This document shows positions 7,465 to 13,683 of a stretch of 13,683 bases of DNA, one piece after another. The position numbers and the translations under genes were made by a program. Source of the DNA: Gemmatimonadota bacterium (GTDB lineage Bacteria; Gemmatimonadota; Gemmatimonadetes; Longimicrobiales; RSA9). The stretch is taken from contig JBBDRO010000081.1 in assembly GCA_040905425.1 (NCBI GenBank), forward strand, positions 32,022 through 45,704. The letters run 5' to 3'. Position 1 is the stretch's first letter, and the number at the start of each line of letters is the position of its first letter. The notes under the pieces were generated by a model. It saw nothing but the letters and a program-made list of their open reading frames with translations. It ran no database searches and had not been told where the DNA came from.

Positions 7465-7499
7465 GCCCGGCGGCTGTTTTCGCCGGGCTTTTCGTTTTT
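7465..7499 (+). terminator. Intrinsic terminator 1 (riboswitch expression platform)
   Basis: Stem GCCCGGCG (7465-7472) / CGCCGGGC (7481-7488), followed by TTTTCGTTTTT. Confidence 0.85.
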
Positions 7500-7526
7500 C
7501 CGGGACCCACACGCCGAAGGCGCACG

Positions 7527-7598
7527 ATGCCGTTCTGCCACCTGATGTGCATGTGCCGCGAGTGTACGGCTCTTCCACGCGGAGAGGCCGCCCCGTAG
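7527..7598 (+). CDS. Putative Cys/Met-rich attenuator leader peptide, 23 aa (MPFCHLMCMCRECTALPRGEAAP)
   Basis: GAAGG (7516-7520) 6 nt before ATG; 4 Cys and 2 internal Met codons within codons 4-13; TAG 7596-7598; followed by mutually exclusive hairpins and a terminator. Confidence 0.72.
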   Translation: MPFCHLMCMCRECTALPRGEAAP

Positions 7599-7645
7599 AC
7601 GTGCGCGCCCTGGTGGCGCACCGGCCCAGAGCCGGCACGATGCGC

Positions 7646-7678
7646 GGGCTCCTCTCCATGCGAGAGGGGCCCTTTTTT
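7646..7678 (+). terminator. Intrinsic terminator 2 (attenuator 3:4 hairpin)
   Basis: 11-bp stem GGGCTCCTCTC (7646-7656) / GAGAGGGGCCC (7662-7672) with one G-U pair, loop CATGC, then TTTTTT; ends 21 nt before the start codon at 7700. Confidence 0.88.
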
Positions 7679-7699
7679 ATTGCACCCGGAGGAAAGGTC

Positions 7700-8686
7700 A
7701 TGAGCAGACTCGGCATCTACTACGAGCACCCCGACTGGTTCGAGCCGCTGTTCCAGGAGTTGGAGCGGCGCGACGTGCCCCACGCCCGCATCGACGCGCG
7801 GTCGCATGGGTTCGATCCCACCGGGGAGGTGGAATGGGACGTCGCTTTCAACCGTATGAGTCCCTCTTCGTGGCTGCGCGGTGCGGGACACGCCATCAGC
7901 TACACCGGGGAATTCCTGGCGCATCTGGAGCGGCGCGGCGTACGGGTGATCAACGGTACGCGCGCCTGGCGGACGGAGGTTTCGAAGGCGGCGCAGATCG
8001 CGCTGCTCGAGCGGCTGGGACTGCCCCATCCGCGCACGCGCGTGTGCAACAATCCGGCGGCGCTTGCGGACAAGGCGGAGGGGCTACGCTACCCCGTGAT
8101 CGTGAAGCCCAACGTGGGTGGCAGCGGCGCCGGCGTCCGCCGCTTCGACGATCCGGTGGCGCTGGCCGCCTGGGCATCCCGTGGCGGCCCGGACGCGGGG
8201 GTGGATGGCACCCTGCTGGTGCAGGAGTACGTGCCACCGGAGGCCGGCCGCATCGTGCGCGTGGAGGTGCTGAACGGCCGCTTCCTTTACGCCATCCGCA
8301 TCTACGCGCCGGCGGACAGCTTCAACCTGTGCCCCGCCGACGTGTGCCAGGGGGTGGACGGCGCCGAACTCAGCCGCTCCGCCTGCGCGGTGGACGCCCC
8401 GCGCAACGGTCTGCGGGTCGAGGCATACGTGCCGCCGAGAGGAATCATCGCCGAGGTGGAGCGCATCACGGCCGCCGCGGGCATCGAGATCGGCGGCGTG
8501 GAGTACGTCGTGCACGAGCGGGCCGGCGGGCACGTCTTCTACGACGTGAACGCGCTGTCCAACTTCGTGGCGGACGGCCCGCGGGTGCTGGGCTTCGATC
8601 CGTTCGCCCGGCTGGCCGACTGGCTGGAGGCGGAGCTGGACGGCGCCGCGCGTGCTCCGCGCGCCTCCGGACTGGAGGTGGCGTGA
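7700..8686 (+). CDS. ATP-grasp ligase, RimK / glutathione-synthetase-like, 328 aa
   Basis: GGAGGAAAGG before ATG 7700; MSRLGIYYEHPDWF, FNRMSPSS, VING, SKAAQ, YPVIVKPNVGGSGAGV, LVQEYV, GGVEY, YDVNALSNF. The ORF-track start at 7547 runs through the leader RNA. Confidence 0.88.
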   Translation: MSRLGIYYEHPDWFEPLFQELERRDVPHARIDARSHGFDPTGEVEWDVAFNRMSPSSWLRGAGHAISYTGEFLAHLERRGVRVINGTRAWRTEVSKAAQIALLERLGLPHPRTRVCNNPAALADKAEGLRYPVIVKPNVGGSGAGVRRFDDPVALAAWASRGGPDAGVDGTLLVQEYVPPEAGRIVRVEVLNGRFLYAIRIYAPADSFNLCPADVCQGVDGAELSRSACAVDAPRNGLRVEAYVPPRGIIAEVERITAAAGIEIGGVEYVVHERAGGHVFYDVNALSNFVADGPRVLGFDPFARLADWLEAELDGAARAPRASGLEVA

Positions 8687-9732
8687 TGCGCTTCGGTTAT
8701 TGGCTCCCCGTCTTCGGTGGCTGGCTGCGCAACGTGGAGGACGAGCGCATGGAGGTGTCCTGGCCCTACGTGAGCCGCCTGGCCCGGCGCAGTGAGGAGA
8801 TCGGCTTCGACCTGACGCTCATCGCCGAGCTGAACCTGAATGACATCAAGGGGGAGGAGGCGCCCTCGCTGGACGCGTGGAGCACGGCGGCGGCGCTGGC
8901 CGCCGTGACCGAGCGCCTGGAGCTCATGGTGGCGGTTCGCCCCACCTTCCACCACCCCGCCACGTTCGCCAAGCAGGCCGCCAATATCGACCACATCAGC
9001 GGCGGCCGGCTGTCCATCAACGTGGTCTCCGCGTGGTGGGCCACCGAGGCGCGGCGCTACGGCATCCGCTTCGACCCCCACGACGAGCGCTACGCGCGCA
9101 CCGCCGAGTGGCTGCGGGTGGTGAACGGCATGTGGACCGAGCCCGTCTTCACCCACCGCGGCCACTACTACACGGTGGAGGAGGCCATCCTGGAGCCCAA
9201 ACCGCTCCGTCGGCCCCGGCCGACGGTCTATGCCGGCGGCGAGTCACCCGCTGGCAAGGCGCTCATTGCCGAGCACTGTGACGCGTGGCTGACGCACGGG
9301 GATCCGCCCGAGGTGATCGCCCCGAAGCTGGCCGACATGCGGGAGCGGCGCGCGCGGCATACGGGCGCACCCCCCATGCCCTTCGGCGTGGCGGGCTACG
9401 CCATCGTGCGGGACAGTGAGCGTGCGGCACAGAGGGAGCTGGAGCGCATCACGGACGTGCGCCAGAGCGCACGCGGCTTTGCCAACTACCAGGACTGGAT
9501 CGGCAACACGCAGCTCGAACGCAAGGTCAGCCTGGCCGACTACTCCGTCTCGAACCGCGGGCTGCGCGCGAGGCTGGTGGGCACCCCCGAGCAGGTGGCC
9601 GAGCGGATCCTGGCCTTCGAAGCGGCGGGCGTGGAGTTGCTGCTGCTCCAGTTCAGTCCCCAGTACGAGGAGATGGAACGCTTCGCGGCCGAGGTGATGC
9701 CGCTCGTGCGGCGCGAGTCGGCCGCCGCGTGA
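8686..9732 (+). CDS. Luciferase-like (LLM) flavin-dependent monooxygenase, SsuD/SfnG-like, 348 aa
   Basis: ATG overlaps the upstream TGA (TGATG); MRFGYWLPVFGGW, GFDLTLIAE, ELMVAVRP, DHISGGRLSINVVSAW, EPKP, VYAGGES, LVGTPEQVAE. Substrate not determinable from sequence. Confidence 0.92.
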   Translation: MRFGYWLPVFGGWLRNVEDERMEVSWPYVSRLARRSEEIGFDLTLIAELNLNDIKGEEAPSLDAWSTAAALAAVTERLELMVAVRPTFHHPATFAKQAANIDHISGGRLSINVVSAWWATEARRYGIRFDPHDERYARTAEWLRVVNGMWTEPVFTHRGHYYTVEEAILEPKPLRRPRPTVYAGGESPAGKALIAEHCDAWLTHGDPPEVIAPKLADMRERRARHTGAPPMPFGVAGYAIVRDSERAAQRELERITDVRQSARGFANYQDWIGNTQLERKVSLADYSVSNRGLRARLVGTPEQVAERILAFEAAGVELLLLQFSPQYEEMERFAAEVMPLVRRESAAA

Positions 9733-9735
9733 GCC

Positions 9736-9789
9736 GCGATTCGTACCTTCGGCACGGCGTTTCGTACCAGCGCTCAGGCAATCCGTGGC
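9736..9789 (+). promoter_or_regulatory. Direct repeats with 21-bp period, LytTR-family-like binding site
   Basis: GCGATTCGTACC (9736-9747) and GCGTTTCGTACC (9757-9768), 11/12 identical; weaker third copy GCAATCCGTGGC (9778-9789). Confidence 0.45.
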
Positions 9790-9904
9790 TGAAGCGAAAC
9801 CATCCCCCCGCCCGCTCCGTCCAAGTCAGCGTGCGGGGAAGGCAGACCATGCAGACCACATGTTCTCTCCCCCGCGAAAACCCGAGGCAAACGGAGAGAC
9901 GACC

Positions 9905-10408
9905 ATGAGGACCAAGCGAGTGATCACGACGGCGGCGGCGGCGCTGATGCTGGCCTTCCAGGCCAACCCGGCCGCGGCTGGCGAGCCCGATATCAAGAAG
10001 GCCGACGAGCTGAAGGCCCAGGCCGTCCAGCTCTTCGACCAGCCGGACCGCTGGCTGGAGGCGGCGCGGCTGCTGGAGAAGTCGGTGGAGTACCGGGACG
10101 CCGCCGATGCGGAGACCCACGCCAGTCTCATGACGGCCGCCGGCATCTGGATGAGTGCCGGGGAGTACAACCGGGCCTACAGCGCAGCACGGCGGGCGGG
10201 CGAGAGCGCCCATGCCCGCGGCGCCGTCCAGGACGCGGCCCACAGCTTCATCAGCGCGGCCGCGGTGGCCGCCCAGTTGGGCCGGACCGGAGACGCCGAG
10301 CAGCTCATGGAACGCGCGCGTGTGCTGGCCGCCTCGCCGCTGCTGAATCAGCAGCAGCGGGACCGCATCCTGGCTCGTGACATGCAGTTCGTGGCCGTGC
10401 GCGGCTAG
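9905..10408 (+). CDS. Secreted alpha-helical (TPR-like) hypothetical protein, 167 aa
   Basis: GGAGA before ATG 9905; signal peptide MRTKRVITTAAAALMLAFQANPAAA|GE; Ala-rich helices such as WLEAARLLEKS, GEYNRAYSAARRAGE, LGRTGDAEQLMERA. Confidence 0.75.
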   Translation: MRTKRVITTAAAALMLAFQANPAAAGEPDIKKADELKAQAVQLFDQPDRWLEAARLLEKSVEYRDAADAETHASLMTAAGIWMSAGEYNRAYSAARRAGESAHARGAVQDAAHSFISAAAVAAQLGRTGDAEQLMERARVLAASPLLNQQQRDRILARDMQFVAVRG

Positions 10409-10433
10409 CCTTTCGCGCCGGCTCGCCCATGAA

Positions 10434-10468
10434 GCGGGGCCGCCTTCCCTGGGGAGGCGGCCCCGTTC
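10434..10468 (+). terminator. GC-rich hairpin, probable terminator after the secreted protein gene
   Basis: CGGGGCCGCCTTCC / GGGAGGCGGCCCCG stem of about 14 bp; U-tract is weak (TTC). Confidence 0.55.
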
Positions 10469-10542
10469 GCGTCCAGCCTTCCGCCGCGCACACGCGGAAT
10501 TCCCCCCGCCACGATCGCGGAGGTATCCCCACGACACGGCCA

Positions 10543-10570
10543 TTGACTCTGGTGACCTGGCATGTAACTT
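10543..10570 (+). promoter_or_regulatory. Sigma70-type promoter of the apbE operon
   Basis: TTGACT (10543-10548), 16-bp spacer, TAACTT (10565-10570). Confidence 0.55.
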
Positions 10571-10573
10571 AGT

Positions 10574-10594
10574 TGCGAACGATTCTCAATCGCA
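10574..10594 (+). promoter_or_regulatory. Putative Fur box
   Basis: TGCGAACGATTCTCAATCGCA: TGCGA/TCGCA dyad; inner 19 bp match GATAATGATAATCATTATC at 11/19 by hand; overlaps the predicted transcription start. Confidence 0.65.
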
Positions 10595-10606
10595 TTCTAA
10601 GCGACG

Positions 10607-11746
10607 ATGAACGGCATGCCCCAACGCTGCACCTCACGCTCCACGCCACGCCCGCTCCGGCGGGCGGTGACGATCGTGACCGTGCCCCTCCTGCTCGCGG
10701 GCGGTGGCCTGGTGGGGGGCGGTGGCGTGTTCGCGGGCGCTGCAGTGGCGGCCGAGCGGCAGCCGGCACCCGGCGCCGAACGGGCGGACGTGTGGCTGGC
10801 GCGCGAGAGCTTCGTCATGGGCACGCTCCTCCGCCTGGAGGTTGCGGCGCCGACCCGGGCGGCGGCGGCGGAGGCCAGCGAGCATGCGCTGGCGGCGGTG
10901 CATCGGCTGGATGGCCTGCTCTCCACCTGGGACGGGAGCGCCGAGATGGCACGGCTGAATGCGGCATCCGCGGGCAGCTCCGCCGCGGTGTCGGCCGCGC
11001 TACTGGCGCTCCTGCTGGAGGCGGAGGTGTGGTCCAAGCGCACCGGCCGGGCGTTCGAGCCGGCCGTGGGACCTCTGATCGACGCCTGGGAGCTGCGCGG
11101 GGAGGGCCGCGTGCCTGACGGGGCGGCGTTGCGCGCTGCGCTGCGCGCCGTGCGGGCCGGCGTGACGCTGGACGCCGCGGCCGGGACTCTCACGCGCAAC
11201 GACCCGGCCGGGTGGATCGACACGGGCGCGTTCGGCAAGGGCGCCGCGCTCGCCGCCGCGGCCGACGCGCTGCGCACGGCGGGCGTGGCTGACGCGGTGC
11301 TCGATTTCGGCGGCCAGATCATGGCCCTTGGCCGGCCGGCGGACGGCGGCGGGTGGCGGGTTCCCGTAGCCCACCCGCGCCACCGGCACCAGGCCGTGGG
11401 AGAGCTTCTGCTGAGGGACGTATCGGCCGCCACGAGCGGCGCCTCGGAGCGCTTCATCGAGGTGGACGGCCAGCGCTACGGGCACCTGCTCGATCCCCGC
11501 ACTGGCCAGCCGGTACCCGCATGGGGGAGCGTGACCGTGGTGGCCGCTGACCCCCTGGCCGCGGACGCCCTGTCCACGGCGCTGTTCGTCCTCGGCCCCC
11601 GCGCCGGCATGGCCTGGGCGCGGGACCGGGAGGATGTGGCGGTCCTCTTCCTGGAGGATACGCCCCGGGGCCTCGTGCCCCACTGGAACCCCGCAATGGA
11701 GCGGTGGTTGACCCGAACGATCCAAACCGAGAGGACGCTACGATGA
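10607..11746 (+). CDS. apbE: FAD:protein FMN transferase (ApbE)
   Basis: FVMGT, LSTWDGSAEMARLN, AFEPAVGPLIDAW, IDTGAFGKG, VLDFGGQI, ATSGASERF, YGHLLDPRTG, ADALSTALFVLG; N-terminal hydrophobic export signal. Start uncertain (10607 or 10616). Confidence 0.92.
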   Translation: MNGMPQRCTSRSTPRPLRRAVTIVTVPLLLAGGGLVGGGGVFAGAAVAAERQPAPGAERADVWLARESFVMGTLLRLEVAAPTRAAAAEASEHALAAVHRLDGLLSTWDGSAEMARLNAASAGSSAAVSAALLALLLEAEVWSKRTGRAFEPAVGPLIDAWELRGEGRVPDGAALRAALRAVRAGVTLDAAAGTLTRNDPAGWIDTGAFGKGAALAAAADALRTAGVADAVLDFGGQIMALGRPADGGGWRVPVAHPRHRHQAVGELLLRDVSAATSGASERFIEVDGQRYGHLLDPRTGQPVPAWGSVTVVAADPLAADALSTALFVLGPRAGMAWARDREDVAVLFLEDTPRGLVPHWNPAMERWLTRTIQTERTLR

Positions 11747-13011
11747 GCGTATCGAGATGGGCGGTGGTGGTGCTGGGCGCCGCGCTGCTATGGACCCCCA
11801 CGGAGGCGGCGGCGCAGGAGCGGCCCGACTCGGTGAAACTGGCGGAGCTGGAGCGGCGCATGGACGCCATGACGCGCGAGCTGGAGCAACTCCGGTTGGG
11901 GCGTGAGGTGGTGCAGGCCGATACGTCCATCCTGGGGCTGGGGCCGGCCGCGTCCAAGGTCTACAAAGTAGGCCAGGGCGTCTCGCTTGGCGGCTACGGG
12001 GAGATCCTGTACGAGAACTATTCCGGCGAGCGCCAGGACGGCTCTCCCGCCAGCGCGCGTGACCAGGTGGACGCCCTGCGCGCCATCCTGTACGTGGGCT
12101 ACAAGTTCAACGACCGTTTGCTCTTCAACTCCGAGATCGAGATCGAGCACGTGGACGAGATCTTCCTGGAATTTGCCTACGTGGACTACCTGCTGAACGA
12201 CCACGTGGGTCTGCGTACGGGGCTGCTGTTGGCCCCCATGGGTATCGTCAACGAACTGCACGAGCCGCCCACGTTCCTGGGCACCGAGCGGGCCGTGACC
12301 GAGAACGCCATCATCCCCACCACCTGGCGGGAGAACGGCATCGGTCTGTTCGGCGGAGTGGGAGACTTTGCCTGGCGGGGGTACGTCATGAACGGGCTTG
12401 ACGGCGCGGGCTTCAGCGGCTCGGGGCTGCGCGGCGGGCGGCAGAAGGGCGCCCGGGCGCTGGCGGAGGACTTCGGTGTGGCCGCGCGCCTGGACTACCA
12501 GGGCATTCTCGGCCTGCTGGCCGGCGGCTCCGTCTACTACGGCCAGTCGGGCCAGAACGCGGAGCTGGACGGGCAGGAGGTGGACGCCGGCACGCTCATC
12601 TGGGACGGGCACCTGGACTACAATGTGGGTGCGTTGGACCTGCGGGCGCTGGTGGCGGGCGCGCACGTGAACGACGCGCGCGAGCTCAGCGCCCTCAACG
12701 GCCTCACGGGCGCCAACGGCATCGCGGAGTCCATGCTGGGCTGGTACGTGCAGGCCGGCTATGACGTGCTGCGCGGCACCGACATGGCCGACCAGCTCAT
12801 CCCGCACGTCCGCTACGAGCAGGTGAACACGCAGCGGAGCGTACTCGAAGGCTTCGCGGCCAACCCCGCGAACGACCGGACCATCCTCACCGTGGGCGCG
12901 TCCTGGAAACCCATCAGCAACGTGGTGTGGAAGACGGACTACCAGATCCACTCCAACGAGGCCGACCTGGGTACGAACCAGTTCAACATGGCGCTCGGAT
13001 GGATCTTCTGA
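11743..13011 (+). CDS. Outer-membrane porin-like beta-barrel with N-terminal coiled coil, 422 aa
   Basis: ATGA overlap with the apbE stop, GAGGA upstream; signal peptide ...TEAAA|QE; coiled coil KLAELERRMDAMTRELEQLR; motifs FNSEIEIEH, EFAYVDY, NELHEPPTF, IIPTTWRENG; C-terminal LGWIF barrel signature. Confidence 0.85.
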   Translation: MSVSRWAVVVLGAALLWTPTEAAAQERPDSVKLAELERRMDAMTRELEQLRLGREVVQADTSILGLGPAASKVYKVGQGVSLGGYGEILYENYSGERQDGSPASARDQVDALRAILYVGYKFNDRLLFNSEIEIEHVDEIFLEFAYVDYLLNDHVGLRTGLLLAPMGIVNELHEPPTFLGTERAVTENAIIPTTWRENGIGLFGGVGDFAWRGYVMNGLDGAGFSGSGLRGGRQKGARALAEDFGVAARLDYQGILGLLAGGSVYYGQSGQNAELDGQEVDAGTLIWDGHLDYNVGALDLRALVAGAHVNDARELSALNGLTGANGIAESMLGWYVQAGYDVLRGTDMADQLIPHVRYEQVNTQRSVLEGFAANPANDRTILTVGASWKPISNVVWKTDYQIHSNEADLGTNQFNMALGWIF

Positions 13012-13583
13012 GCCCGCTACGGGCGGCGGCGGCGCGGGGGCTCCTCCTGGGAGCCCTCGCGGCGCTCGCGCTGCCGGGCGCCGCGGCCGCCCAGCTGTTC
13101 ATGAGCCAGGAGGAAGCGCTCCGCCTGGCCTTTCCGGCACCGGCCACCATCGAGCGGAAGACGGCGTACCTCACGGACGCCGAACTCGCCCGGGCCAGGG
13201 AGCTGGCCGGCGATCGCGTTGAGGTGGAGCAGGGCATCGTCACCCACTACGTGGGTCGGCGCGGCGGAGCTGCGGTGGGCGTGGCCTACTTCGACGCGCA
13301 CCGGGTGCGCACGCTCCCCGAGGTGCTGATGATCGTGGTGGGGCCCGACGGGCGCGTGCAGCGGGTGGAGGTGATCAAGTTCACGGAGCCGCCCGACTAC
13401 GTGGCACCGGACGGGTGGCTGGCGCAGTTCCTGGATCGGCGCCTGGATGGCCGGCTCTCCACGAAGGCTGACATCGTGAACATGACGGGCGCCACGCTCA
13501 CGTCGCGCGCCGTCACCGACGCGGTCCGGCGGGTGCTCGCCCTGCATCAGGTGATCGGGCCGCTGGAGGACCGGGGGCGGTGA
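12999..13583 (+). CDS. Extracytoplasmic FMN-binding protein (ApbE substrate), 194 aa
   Basis: ATG 12999 overlaps the porin end by 13 bp; signal peptide ...LPGAAAA|QLFMSQEEALRLAFP; HRVRT, FTEPPDY, WLAQF; flavinylation motif IVNMTGATLTS ([S/T]GA[S/T]). Confidence 0.88.
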   Translation: MDLLSPLRAAAARGLLLGALAALALPGAAAAQLFMSQEEALRLAFPAPATIERKTAYLTDAELARARELAGDRVEVEQGIVTHYVGRRGGAAVGVAYFDAHRVRTLPEVLMIVVGPDGRVQRVEVIKFTEPPDYVAPDGWLAQFLDRRLDGRLSTKADIVNMTGATLTSRAVTDAVRRVLALHQVIGPLEDRGR

Positions 13584-13683
13584 ACGCCTTCCAGAAGTGG
13601 CTCCTGCTGGGCAGCTCGGTGGCCACCGCGCTCACGGGCATCGTGTACGCGTGGATGAAGTACCTGATGACGCCCACCGAACC
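13580..13683 (+). CDS. 5' end (partial) of a membrane protein, possibly cytochrome-b-like electron donor
   Basis: GTG overlaps the upstream TGA (GTGA); MNAFQKWLLLGSSVATALTGIVYAWMKYLMTPTE...; one TM helix visible. Cytochrome role is inferred from context only. Confidence 0.7.
   Translation, partial: MNAFQKWLLLGSSVATALTGIVYAWMKYLMTPTE

Noticed and set aside
7512..7524. Glycine riboswitch-like CGCCGAAGGCGCA
   Set aside because: No upstream GGAGA or downstream CTCTCAGG; better explained as the leader-peptide RBS inside a tiny hairpin.
7547..7699. ORF-track N-terminal extension of the ATP-grasp gene
   Set aside because: Crosses the attenuator and terminator 2; a strong RBS precedes ATG 7700.
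7834..8685. 632-aa version of the monooxygenase (fusion or frameshift)
   Set aside because: The extension is an Arg/Gly/Ala-rich off-frame reading of the ATP-grasp gene; the LLM domain starts at the TGATG overlap.
9750..9765. Sigma54 promoter CGGCAC-N5-TTCG
   Set aside because: The -12 element reads TTCG, not TTGC; the direct repeat explains the sequence better.
10558..10576. Sigma54 promoter TGGCAT...TTGC
   Set aside because: GG-to-GC spacing is 14 nt instead of the required 10.

Overview
High-GC (~70%) bacterial window; the outer-membrane barrel genes imply a diderm, and Gemmatimonadota is only an unverified guess. Left to right: (1) the 3' end of a probable thiC with an in-frame 18-bp tandem repeat; (2) a minus-strand five-gene copper operon: atypical PII-like protein, SHOCT membrane protein, a 53-aa Cys-rich membrane peptide missed by the ORF track, a CPH-type P1B-3 ATPase and a CopC-CopD fusion; (3) a divergent His/Met-rich putative outer-membrane barrel and a class II sirtuin; (4) a heavily regulated sulfur operon; (5) a secreted helical-repeat protein; (6) a Fur-box-preceded flavinylation operon (ApbE, porin, FMN-binding protein, partial membrane protein). 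The standout is the leader of (4): a sigma70 promoter, a SAM-II riboswitch with its own terminator, then an unannotated Cys/Met-rich leader peptide (MPFCHLMCMCRECTALPRGEAAP) inside a classical 1:2/2:3/3:4 attenuator with a second terminator. This looks like a two-input sulfur-status gate ahead of an uncharacterised ATP-grasp ligase plus SsuD/SfnG-like monooxygenase pair. All assignments come from reading motifs by eye; no searches were run.
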